DNA from: Candidatus Peregrinibacteria bacterium
GTDB taxonomy: Bacteria; Patescibacteriota; Gracilibacteria; UBA1369; LOWO2-01-FULL-3
Direction of reading: 5' to 3'
Assembly (NCBI GenBank): GCA_016206505.1
Contig: JACQRJ010000036.1
Coordinates: forward strand, 365 to 64,364
DNA: 64,000 bases
Of the stretch, positions 18,240-27,279 are shown one piece after another. Made by a program: the position numbers and the translations under genes. The first letter of the stretch is position 1. Every line of letters starts with the position of its first letter. The notes under the pieces were generated by a model that saw nothing but the letters and a program-made list of their open reading frames with translations, was not told the DNA's origin and made no database searches.

Positions 18240-19859
18240 ATGAAAAAATTATTTCAATTAACAACAATCGGCCTTTTTATCTTCCTGATGCCATTTGAAG
18301 CGATGGCATTTTACGAAGATGTTGCAGAAAATCATCAATACTACAATCCCATCAAAGCATTGTACGAACTTCAAAAACTGCCTGAAGACACAAATTTCAA
18401 ACCGGACGACAAACTTACCAACTCAAATTTCTACAAGCTTCTAAGCACTTTTGGAGGCACGAAAATTGCAACCGATGAAAATCTGAATCCTGCAAATTTT
18501 CCGCCAAAACATCGCATCCTCTCCGAAATGTTTTACTACCTTGGCATCGGCACCAATTATCTCTTTGATAAAGAAAATTTCTATTTCCTGGATTTGGACA
18601 AAAATTCACCCCTCTCCCCCATCGCCCAAAAAGCTTCAGAAATCGGCATTGTCGAAGACAAAGAAGATCAGCAATTTTTCAAAATGGCCCAACGCCTTAC
18701 AAATGCGCAGGCCGCCGACTATTTATACAAAATTTACCTCTACAAAAACCCCGATGCTCTGGAAGAAAAGCCCAATGCCATCAATATAATCACCATCACA
18801 GAAACCACGGAAGATACGCGGGAACTTGGCACTTTTGTCGATGTCTGGAACGTCTTAAAAAACTATTATTTTTACAAGGAAGAACTCGATGAAGAAGCGA
18901 TGATTTACGATGCCATAGAGGGCTTGCTCAAGACCGTACCCGATGATTACACCGGATTTAGCGAACCTTCCGAAGCGGAAGAATTTTTTGACAGTCTGGA
19001 AAATGAATTTGAAGGCATCGGCATTATGATCGAAATGGTCAATGAACAGGTCACAATCATCAGCCCCCTTGCCGATTCCCCAGCTCAAAAAGCCGGACTT
19101 CTGCCCAATGACATTATTTCAAAAGTTGACAATGAAAGTATCACCGGCCTAAATCTCGATGCTGTAGCCAAAAAAATCAAAGGCCCCGCACAAACTGTCG
19201 TAAAAATCACGGTTTTGAGAAATGAAAAAGAGCTCATTTTTGAAGTCACCAGACAAAAAATAACCCAGGAAGCCGTAACCGGCAAAATTATCAAGGAAAA
19301 TGGCAAAAAAATCGCCTATATCAAATTGACCACTTTTGGCCAAGATACGGCAAAAGAATTGGAAAAAACGGGCAAAGAACTTTTGCTCGACAATCCCAAA
19401 GGATTCATTCTCGATCTGCGCAACAATCCCGGCGGCTACCTCAACTCCGCCATCGAGATGGTCGGCCTGTTTTTGAAAGAAGAAAAAACAGTAGTAAAAG
19501 TCAAATCGGCAAGCGGCCTAACGGAAGAATATAAAAGCGCCGTCGATGGAACTCTTGCCGGACAAAAAATCGTCATCATTATCAACAAAGGCTCCGCTTC
19601 CGCTTCGGAAATCCTAGCCGGCGCGCTGCAAGATCATGAAATCGCGACATTAATCGGCACAATTTCTTTTGGCAAAGGCACCGTTCAAAACATCAAAAGC
19701 TACAAAGACGGCTCGATTTTCAAATACACTATGGCCAAATGGCTCACCCCAAAAGACCGCGACATCGATAAAATCGGTCTGACTCCGGACAAAATCATCG
19801 AAAACGACACTGCAACAACAGAAGACGAACAGCTAAAAGCGGCTTTGGCGGAGTTCTAA
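18240..19859 (+). CDS. ctpA: Carboxy-terminal processing protease (S41 family) with a PDZ domain and signal peptide
   Basis: Signal peptide MKKLFQLTTIGLFIFLMPFEAMA. PDZ-like segment GIGIMIEMVNEQVTIISPLADSPAQKAGLLPNDII. S41 motifs LDLRNNPGGYL and GSASASEILAGALQD. The track ORF starts at 18213; ATG 18240 avoids overlapping the upstream gene. Confidence 0.85.
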   Translation: MKKLFQLTTIGLFIFLMPFEAMAFYEDVAENHQYYNPIKALYELQKLPEDTNFKPDDKLTNSNFYKLLSTFGGTKIATDENLNPANFPPKHRILSEMFYYLGIGTNYLFDKENFYFLDLDKNSPLSPIAQKASEIGIVEDKEDQQFFKMAQRLTNAQAADYLYKIYLYKNPDALEEKPNAINIITITETTEDTRELGTFVDVWNVLKNYYFYKEELDEEAMIYDAIEGLLKTVPDDYTGFSEPSEAEEFFDSLENEFEGIGIMIEMVNEQVTIISPLADSPAQKAGLLPNDIISKVDNESITGLNLDAVAKKIKGPAQTVVKITVLRNEKELIFEVTRQKITQEAVTGKIIKENGKKIAYIKLTTFGQDTAKELEKTGKELLLDNPKGFILDLRNNPGGYLNSAIEMVGLFLKEEKTVVKVKSASGLTEEYKSAVDGTLAGQKIVIIINKGSASASEILAGALQDHEIATLIGTISFGKGTVQNIKSYKDGSIFKYTMAKWLTPKDRDIDKIGLTPDKIIENDTATTEDEQLKAALAEF

Positions 19860-22800
19860 GCATAAGCCGTATCTTTTGCGTCTCGATAACGCTCATAGAC
19901 AAAATTATAGACCTCGATCCCTTTAATGTCGCATTCCTGCTGTGAATAGGTTGGTTCCGGTAACGAATTGTAGAGAATATCGATAATTGTCGTTTTAACG
20001 CCTGCCCTTGCCGATTCTTTTTCTCGCCAATCAAGCACTAACTTTTCTTTTTTGAGTTTTGCCAATAATTCGTGAGAAGCCTTTCTAACTTTTTCAACTT
20101 CGTCAGGGTTCAGATTTTCCTTTAAGAGCAGGTCGAAAATTGCCAGTTCCTCCTCGCTCAAATTTTCTTTAACTGCTCGCTGTTCTTCTTTATCCAAACT
20201 CTTTGCCAAATCAACCAGATCATTCAAGAGTTGGTCGACATCGTGTGCTCCGCTGTTGTAAACCTGAAGTATTGCATTTAAACGATCCATGAAGCGCCCT
20301 CGCTTTTTATTGCGTTCCATCATCTCTTCTATTTTTTCTTCAAGCTCAGTTTTCATGCTCTCAGCTTGCAAATTCTTATTTTCCAGACCAGCAAAGAATT
20401 CATGGAGAGCATTGGCATCGAGACTACTCAAATCTTTAACGCGTTTATGTTGCGGGATGACATATTCGCCTGCCTGAATGGATTTATCGAGCAGGTCTTC
20501 CAAATCCTTTTGCACCTGTGAAACATCGATGCTTTCTCCAGTAACAAGACGAATCCGTTGAGCAATCGTACGAATAGCTGCTACCTGATCGTAATAATCT
20601 TCTGCGTCAGGTGCCGGCAATACAGACTGGTAGGCGCTTTGTAAATCACTCGCAAGGTTCAAAAATGCCTTTTTCTTCTCCGGTTGGCCGACAATGGTGT
20701 TTGCATATTTCTCTATCAAAAGCAATTTTTGCTCATTTGGAACCTTCAAGAGAACATTTATATCAATCTGCTCACCCTGCAAAAATTCTTTCACCGATTC
20801 GAGCAGGTTTTTTAATTGGCTCACCAGTTCATCTTTGCTCCGAATAATGTCGTTTTCATCGGCACCGTTGGCAGCATAGAGTGCAAGAGCTCGCTCAATG
20901 TTCTTGAACACGCCTATATAATCGACAATCAGTCCATTTTTCTTGCCCTCAGCTACACGATTGGCACGAGCGATGGTCTGCATGAGGGTGTGATTTTTTA
21001 GCGGTTTATCGAGGTACAGTGTTGAAAGGTTTGGCACATCAAATCCCGTCATCCACATGGCGCACACAAAAACGATGCGAAGATCACTGTCGGATTTCTT
21101 GAATTCCTCTTCAAGGTTCTCTTTCTGCATACGTTCACGCAATGGGCGCATATCAATGTCGAACGGTTCCAGATCGGCAATTTCGTTCTGGCTCTGGCTC
21201 ACCACGACGGCCATATCAACATCTTCATGTCGCTCGAGTTGTGCCTCTACCTTCGCCTGTCCCCTCTCATTTTGCGTTCTGGATAGATCCATGCGGAGTT
21301 TGGCCAAATAACGCTCCCATTCGGCCTTTACTTTGGCATACATCCGCACGGCTGTTTTTTTGTCTACAGAAACCACCATCGCCTTGCCGTCGTATCCCCG
21401 TCCGACAAAATGCTCCACAATATCACGCGCAATCGCATTCAAGCGATCTTCACGTGTTACAAGATGGTAAAAAGTTGAAAACTCCTGCTCCAATTTTTCT
21501 TCCGCATCTTCATTCAGATCATAAAATTCCATGATGTTGTTCATCTCTTTCTCCAACGAGTCATTTACATTTTTAAGGCGCGGCACACGGTTTTCGTAAA
21601 ATAACGGCACGGTCGCACCATCAGCTACTGATTGGCCGAAATTATAGATCGATACATATTCACCGAAAGTCTCCCGCGTTTTTTCTTCACCGTTGGCCAA
21701 AAGTGGCGTGCCGGTAAAACCCATAAACGAAGCATTGGGCAGGGCTTTTCGCATATTTTGCGCCATGCGATCATACTGTGTGCGATGCGCTTCATCGGTC
21801 ATGAGAATAATGTCATTGCGTGTTGAAATAGCTCCTTCAATATCCTGAAATTTCTGAATGGTGGTAAAAATCTGGCGATGATCCTGCGCCAATAGCTCAT
21901 GCAAATGAACGATACTTTCTGCTTTTACCTCTTTTTCATAAACCGCACCTACACTGGCAAATTCCTTGTAGGCCTGACGATCCAAAGCTCCGCGATCAGT
22001 CACAATCACAAAAGTAAAATTGCCCGTCAGTTTACGCAGCACTTTTTGGGAGAGATAGACCATCGAGTACGATTTGCCAGACCCCTGCGTATGCCAAAAC
22101 ACACCGAGCTTTCCTTCGTTCTCTTTGCGATGAATCACTTTCTCAAAGGCTTTATTGACACCAAAATATTGGAAGTATCGTGGCACAATCTTTTTCGTTT
22201 CGCCTTTGGATTCATCGAACAAAATATAGTTTTCAAAAATATCCAACAGGCGCGATTTATCGCATATACCGCTGATCATTGTGGCAAGGTCGGTCTTTGC
22301 AGTATCTTCTTCACTCTCGGCCTTTTTCCACTCGTTAAAAAACTCATAGGGCGAAGTAAGTGAGCCAAATCTATTCTCTATACCGTTGGAAATCATAACT
22401 CCCATGTTGTACCAGAAGAGTTTTGGGATGGTGTCTTTGTAATCACGAAGATTATCTTTATAGGCATCCACAAGGCTTTTATGTGAAGCCTTCAGCTCCA
22501 AAAGCATCAGTGGAATGCCATTCACAAACAGCACTACATCAGGGCGACGTGTATGCATTTCACCAGTGATCCAGAGTTGGGATACACAAAGAAAGTGATT
22601 ATTTTCCGGATTTTTAAAATCAAAAAATCGCACCCTTTCAGTCTCGCTCACACCGCTTTCATTTGCCGAAATTACGCTTCCACCGTCGCGCAAAATCCTA
22701 TAAATCTCATGATTGGCATTCACAAGCGAAAGATGTGACCGATCGCGTGTAAGTTCGTCCATTGCCATGGTGAGCAATGGTTCCTGTAGTGTTGGATTGA

Positions 22801-22981
22801 GCTTTTGAAGCGCAGGCAACAAAAACTTTTTTAGTATCACTTCTCCTCGATGTTCACGGCCAAGCTTGGCATCATCTTCGTCTTTGTAGGCGTTGATATG
22901 GCATGTCTTATCATTCCACAGCTTTTTGATGAGGCTGATGACGGTTTGTTCGACGAGTTGGTCTTCTGTGAATTGGTTCAT
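19856..22981 (-). CDS. hsdR: Type I restriction enzyme R subunit
   Basis: 1041 aa. N-terminal nuclease region (RPDVVLFVNGIPLMLLELK), SF2 helicase motifs (HTQGSGKS, MTDEAHRTQ, GFTGTP, MQTIARANR) and a C-terminal HsdR-type helical domain. Confidence 0.95.
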   Translation of the reverse strand: MNQFTEDQLVEQTVISLIKKLWNDKTCHINAYKDEDDAKLGREHRGEVILKKFLLPALQKLNPTLQEPLLTMAMDELTRDRSHLSLVNANHEIYRILRDGGSVISANESGVSETERVRFFDFKNPENNHFLCVSQLWITGEMHTRRPDVVLFVNGIPLMLLELKASHKSLVDAYKDNLRDYKDTIPKLFWYNMGVMISNGIENRFGSLTSPYEFFNEWKKAESEEDTAKTDLATMISGICDKSRLLDIFENYILFDESKGETKKIVPRYFQYFGVNKAFEKVIHRKENEGKLGVFWHTQGSGKSYSMVYLSQKVLRKLTGNFTFVIVTDRGALDRQAYKEFASVGAVYEKEVKAESIVHLHELLAQDHRQIFTTIQKFQDIEGAISTRNDIILMTDEAHRTQYDRMAQNMRKALPNASFMGFTGTPLLANGEEKTRETFGEYVSIYNFGQSVADGATVPLFYENRVPRLKNVNDSLEKEMNNIMEFYDLNEDAEEKLEQEFSTFYHLVTREDRLNAIARDIVEHFVGRGYDGKAMVVSVDKKTAVRMYAKVKAEWERYLAKLRMDLSRTQNERGQAKVEAQLERHEDVDMAVVVSQSQNEIADLEPFDIDMRPLRERMQKENLEEEFKKSDSDLRIVFVCAMWMTGFDVPNLSTLYLDKPLKNHTLMQTIARANRVAEGKKNGLIVDYIGVFKNIERALALYAANGADENDIIRSKDELVSQLKNLLESVKEFLQGEQIDINVLLKVPNEQKLLLIEKYANTIVGQPEKKKAFLNLASDLQSAYQSVLPAPDAEDYYDQVAAIRTIAQRIRLVTGESIDVSQVQKDLEDLLDKSIQAGEYVIPQHKRVKDLSSLDANALHEFFAGLENKNLQAESMKTELEEKIEEMMERNKKRGRFMDRLNAILQVYNSGAHDVDQLLNDLVDLAKSLDKEEQRAVKENLSEEELAIFDLLLKENLNPDEVEKVRKASHELLAKLKKEKLVLDWREKESARAGVKTTIIDILYNSLPEPTYSQQECDIKGIEVYNFVYERYRDAKDTAYA

Positions 22982-22985
22982 AGAT

Positions 22986-24485
22986 TTATTGAGTTATTTC
23001 GGGCAAATATAACTTTAAAATTTCTATCAAGCTTTGCCTTTTATCAGAAGACAAAAAACTGAGCACTAAATTTTTGTACCCATTTTTCGAGAACTCTATT
23101 TTACCCTGTATTTCATTAACAAGGCCTTTATGTGGATATGCCTTCAGTATTTCTGTAATTTCAGCATCATGCTCTGGTAAGATTACTGTTGCCAGTGCGT
23201 CTAATTCAGAGAAAATAGCATTTTTAAAATTATCATAGTCTTCGGTACTTTTTACCGCTCCAAATTTTTCACCTAAATGCCTGTGCATGCGATTTTTTGA
23301 GGCAGCAAAAACTACTTTTTCTTTATTTGCTGCATAAATTTTCTTTATTTCTGCGATGATTTCGTCTTTTTTATCTGTCTTCGACAAATGGGTACAAACC
23401 ATTTCAACTATTTCTGGTACAAGGAATAGATTCTCAACTTCATTGAGTGTGATGCTGAAAACTCCTGCTTCCTTTAACGCCGCTAGCTGTTCATCGATAC
23501 GAAAATCTTTATCCATGAGTCCATAAACTTTTTTATCATGCAGGTGATTATGGGTTTTAAGACCCTTCACTGCCTCAATAACTTTTTCGCAAGAACCGCA
23601 GGGTATAACTGTAAAGTTTTCGTAGTATGCCTGATAGATTTGAATATCGAGAGAGCCCTTATTTCCTTCAACAAATAATATTGGCTTTCTACTACCTAAC
23701 ATTTCAAGAAAAAGATTTTCTGGCACTACTTCATTAGGATCAATCTCTTTCCAATCCCATAAATTATTCTTGAAACTCTGAATCCAGATGAGCTTGCTTG
23801 AAGGCTTACTGACGGCAAAATCAAGGTCGTGAGTTATGTAAATAAAAGTACAATCATTCCTATGTTCTTCTAACTTATTCCATAAGCGCACCATTAAAGC
23901 TTTGTGTAAGTGCAACTCCGGCTCGTCGATAATGAAAATGCAATTTTTCTCAGCAAGGAGAATTTGAGAGATCAAATATAATCCAACTTTTTCACCATCA
24001 CTCATCTGCGTGCCCGAAAAATCATCAGCCCGAACTTTGTCTTTTTCAAGCTTCAGGGAGCGATAAGGAAAAATTAAATTCCACACTTCTATGACTTTCT
24101 CTTTTGTTGAGGTAGGAGTTTCCGCTTTTGTTATTTGCCCTTTCGTATTAATAGTGTTAATAACGTCTTCATTCCTTTTCGACTCTTCGGCAAACAAAGA
24201 AATTAGCACTTGCGGATAATCATTTTGAGGCTGGATGGACTCTTGATTCTTATAACTGCCTTTCAATTGGCTGCTGGCTGTCTCATAATCCTGTTTTTGC
24301 ACTACTTCATTCAGTTGCAAATATCTTTGTGCTGAAATTCTTTTGGTAGGAGTATTTATCTGCTCAAGTTTAGAACCAAGACGTGATTTACCGGCTCCGT
24401 TAGCTCCAACGAGGACTAAATTTTTCTCTATCTTGAGAGCTTCATTCCCACTCTTTCCTGATGATGGAATCTGTATGTCTTTCAT
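22986..24485 (-). CDS. Fused ABC-type ATPase + Toprim (DUF4435-like) protein, OLD/PARIS(AriA-AriB)-like, embedded in the Type I R-M operon
   Basis: Walker A LVGANGAGKS, signature-like QMSDGEK, Walker B IFIIDEPELHLH and H-loop ITHD. The C-terminal half has PILFVEGNKGSLD (Toprim Glu) and GLMDKDF (DxD). Confidence 0.8.
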   Translation of the reverse strand: MKDIQIPSSGKSGNEALKIEKNLVLVGANGAGKSRLGSKLEQINTPTKRISAQRYLQLNEVVQKQDYETASSQLKGSYKNQESIQPQNDYPQVLISLFAEESKRNEDVINTINTKGQITKAETPTSTKEKVIEVWNLIFPYRSLKLEKDKVRADDFSGTQMSDGEKVGLYLISQILLAEKNCIFIIDEPELHLHKALMVRLWNKLEEHRNDCTFIYITHDLDFAVSKPSSKLIWIQSFKNNLWDWKEIDPNEVVPENLFLEMLGSRKPILFVEGNKGSLDIQIYQAYYENFTVIPCGSCEKVIEAVKGLKTHNHLHDKKVYGLMDKDFRIDEQLAALKEAGVFSITLNEVENLFLVPEIVEMVCTHLSKTDKKDEIIAEIKKIYAANKEKVVFAASKNRMHRHLGEKFGAVKSTEDYDNFKNAIFSELDALATVILPEHDAEITEILKAYPHKGLVNEIQGKIEFSKNGYKNLVLSFLSSDKRQSLIEILKLYLPEITQ

Positions 24486-24487
24486 GG

Positions 24488-25720
24488 TTATGCTTTTAAA
24501 GTTCGTTTGCCAGTGACCAATTGGGGAACAAGAAGGTCGCGCATCTTACAGAGATTTTGATTTTCCTTTTGTAAGATCGCTATCTGCTGAAGTAAATTTG
24601 CTGCCAGCTTTTCATACCGTTCCAACACGTATTCAGTTGGTAGAATCATTTTTGCATCAACAACAGTGTCTCTGCGCAAATGTTGCATAGTGGCACCAAC
24701 GGCTTGTTTGCTCAATTTTTCAACCAGTCTTGTCAGTGCATAAAAAACAAATGATCTATAAAGATCTAACTTTGGAGAGACTAAAAATAAGTGCTGATTG
24801 AGAAGTGCATGACCAGAATTCCAGATATTTACGAGCAATGTAGCTGACCAAGAAAAAATGATATCTCCATTTTTAATACGATATTTTTCAGGGATATTTT
24901 CACCATCATTCCTTGGTGTCTTCTCGAGTATTCCTGACCGCAATTCCGGTATCTTTATTATTGGCAAACCACTATCCCCTAAGTCCTTAGGTTTGAATGG
25001 ATATCCGTTAACAAAACTAGCCATTGTCCCAATTGGAACAATCTGCCATCCCTCTGGAATCATGCCGTACTCAGTGCCACTGTCGACCATTTTTGTTGCC
25101 TCATGGCCAGGGAATTTGAATTTCACAAACCACTCTATATAGAGAAGTTGCGCCATTCCTTCCAATCCCTTGATGCGTTTTTGGTTGTTTTCGATGAGGT
25201 CGTCGTAGGCAGAAAGAACTGAGGAAATATGTTTTTGCATTTCAATATCTGGCAGTTTAATTTCAAAATTTTCAATATCACTTTTTGTTAGAGCCTCCCG
25301 TGTAGCCCCAGTTGTTGCTAAACCATATAATGCTCGTTTATACAGAGGGCTTACCAAAGCGTATTTAAGGTATTTTCCAGAAAGGTTTTTTCTATCTGCC
25401 CGAATTATTGAAACATGCTGATTAACCCGAGCAGGAATAAGATTGTCAGGGACGGAAGTGCACCTGCATACAGAAGCTCCTGTGATATTTAGCAGAACAT
25501 CATCTTTTTCAACTATAACATTGGCTAATTGTTTAGCCTGAGAATCATCGATAAAGGCCAAATTATCGTAAATAAAATTCAAATCATATATATTCAAGCT
25601 TCTGATCAAAGGTGTTCCTTCGTGATGATAAGCACCTTTTCCGCCACGCGGAGTAGCGCCACTGCCAATTTTAGTGGTTACATCCTTCAGTTTTTTTATA
25701 TTCCAAGTTGCCATAAACAT
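24488..25720 (-). CDS. hsdS: Type I restriction-modification specificity subunit
   Basis: 410 aa with two target-recognition halves. These are separated by the conserved helical spacer LIENNQKRIKGLEGMAQLLYIEWFVKF and end with LQKENQNLCKMRDLLVPQLVTGK. Confidence 0.9.
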   Translation of the reverse strand: MFMATWNIKKLKDVTTKIGSGATPRGGKGAYHHEGTPLIRSLNIYDLNFIYDNLAFIDDSQAKQLANVIVEKDDVLLNITGASVCRCTSVPDNLIPARVNQHVSIIRADRKNLSGKYLKYALVSPLYKRALYGLATTGATREALTKSDIENFEIKLPDIEMQKHISSVLSAYDDLIENNQKRIKGLEGMAQLLYIEWFVKFKFPGHEATKMVDSGTEYGMIPEGWQIVPIGTMASFVNGYPFKPKDLGDSGLPIIKIPELRSGILEKTPRNDGENIPEKYRIKNGDIIFSWSATLLVNIWNSGHALLNQHLFLVSPKLDLYRSFVFYALTRLVEKLSKQAVGATMQHLRRDTVVDAKMILPTEYVLERYEKLAANLLQQIAILQKENQNLCKMRDLLVPQLVTGKRTLKA

Positions 25721-25727
25721 ATAAAAA

Positions 25728-26009
25728 TTATTTCTTCATTCCCTTAAGCACCTTCTTAATCCTCTTCACATACTCCTCATTTTCACCAGTCTCCGTATAC
25801 CGATTCACCGGATCGCTACAAACAGCGCACTTGCCCCTAAGAATAACGTCGTTCAAATCATTCACAGTAGTCTTAAAATCAACAATCGTCACGACTTCAT
25901 TGCAGGTATGACAAAGGCAATTTGGTACGATTTTCTCCACAAAAAAATCCCAGTCTTTCCCCCAGATGGTTTTGAGTTGCGGTAACGTGAGTGGCATTTC
26001 TTTTTTCAT
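25728..26009 (-). CDS. Small zinc-ribbon protein (93 aa) inside the R-M operon
   Basis: Cys pattern CLCHTC...x25...CAVC. It is tightly packed, 3 nt after the rhuM stop and 7 nt before the hsdS start. Confidence 0.6.
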   Translation of the reverse strand: MKKEMPLTLPQLKTIWGKDWDFFVEKIVPNCLCHTCNEVVTIVDFKTTVNDLNDVILRGKCAVCSDPVNRYTETGENEEYVKRIKKVLKGMKK

Positions 26010-26012
26010 AGG

Positions 26013-27071
26013 TTATTTTTTCTTAGGCTGTTTTAAAGATTTCTTTGCTTCCGTTTCCAACTTCTTCACCTCCCGATCAAAGTCGGAAAGATAATTTTCA
26101 TCCTGAATAACACGATATTTTTCATATTCCTTTAACGCAAGCGACTCCGCGACCTCATGACTGATTTTCCCTAAGTCTCCCAATATTTGTCGCTCGTTAA
26201 ATTTTAAAAACGCATCCAGCTTTGATACCCAGTCTTTCATATACATAATAATCCCGCGTTTAGCCTGCATCTCTGCAAAATCAAGATACATGGTCACGAT
26301 CCTATTGAGGTGATCGAGTTCTTTTTCATTGAGATAGTTTTTAGCAATCACAACATCGGACTCCCTGATGCTGCCCTTTGGAGAATTTTTCCAAACAGTC
26401 AGTCCCATGTGCATCTTCGTGCTATCCGCTCTTTCATATATAATTTCAGCGGCAGTTTTGCCCGTCATGGCAAAATGAAGTTTATTTTGCACCGTTGCGA
26501 AAAATTGTTTGGTAATGTCGTTGTCGGGAGAATAGTCTGCACTGCATTGCGCGTATATGTCAGTTATCTTCTGATACATACGCCTTTCGCTTGATCTTAT
26601 GTCCCTTATTCGAGCCAGTTGCTCTTCAAAATAGTCATGCCCAAAAATAGTGTTTGGATTTTTGAGCCGCTCATCATCCATGGTAAACCCTTTGATGATG
26701 TACTCCTTGAGTCTTTCCGTTGCCCAAATACGAAACTGCGTAGCCTGCCCTGAATTTACGCGGTATCCAACGGAAATAATGGCATCCAGATTATAAAATT
26801 TCGTTTTATATTGCTTCCCGTCTTCCGCAGTTATTTCCAAAATGGAAATAACTGAATCTTCCTGCAGCTCTCCACTTTCAAAAATATTTGAGAGATGCTT
26901 GTTGATAGCAGGAATTCCGACGTCAAAAAGTTCGGCCATTCTTTTTTGCGTAAGCCAAATATTTTCATCTTTCAAGAAAATCTCGACTTTTACTTTTCCA
27001 TTTGGACTGGTGTAAAGCAAAAACTCAGTAAAGCTGTTATTTGGGACTATTTGTTGATTCTTCTTTTTCAT
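26013..27071 (-). CDS. rhuM: RhuM-family protein (Virulence_RhuM)
   Basis: 352 aa. FLLYTSPNGKVKVEIFLKDENIWLTQKRMAELFDVGIPAINKHLSNIF...YNLDAIISVGYRVNSGQATQFRIWAT...RSSERRMYQKITDIY is the characteristic RhuM pattern. Confidence 0.85.
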   Translation of the reverse strand: MKKKNQQIVPNNSFTEFLLYTSPNGKVKVEIFLKDENIWLTQKRMAELFDVGIPAINKHLSNIFESGELQEDSVISILEITAEDGKQYKTKFYNLDAIISVGYRVNSGQATQFRIWATERLKEYIIKGFTMDDERLKNPNTIFGHDYFEEQLARIRDIRSSERRMYQKITDIYAQCSADYSPDNDITKQFFATVQNKLHFAMTGKTAAEIIYERADSTKMHMGLTVWKNSPKGSIRESDVVIAKNYLNEKELDHLNRIVTMYLDFAEMQAKRGIIMYMKDWVSKLDAFLKFNERQILGDLGKISHEVAESLALKEYEKYRVIQDENYLSDFDREVKKLETEAKKSLKQPKKK

Positions 27072-27089
27072 AATAAATTACGTTAAATA

Positions 27090-27266
27090 TTATTTTTTAT
27101 TTACCGTGGTGGCATCAATAAATTCAAAGCTGTTCATTAAAAACCACTCGCATGGATCAAGCAATTTTTCACACAACGGACACTGGTAGTCAACGTTGCC
27201 AACCTGAATTGCATTTTTATAATCATGTCGGCAAATTTTTTTCTTATTTTTGAGGCGTTTAGTCAT
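27090..27266 (-). CDS. Small Cys-rich (putative zinc-finger) protein, 58 aa, inside the R-M operon
   Basis: MTKRLKNKKKICRHDYKNAIQVGNVDYQCPLCEKLLDPCEW... The track ORF (27090..27326) overlaps the hsdM 3' end; the internal ATG at 27266 lies 13 nt after the hsdM stop. Confidence 0.45.
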   Translation of the reverse strand: MTKRLKNKKKICRHDYKNAIQVGNVDYQCPLCEKLLDPCEWFLMNSFEFIDATTVNKK

Positions 27267-27279
27267 AATTTTAGATAAG

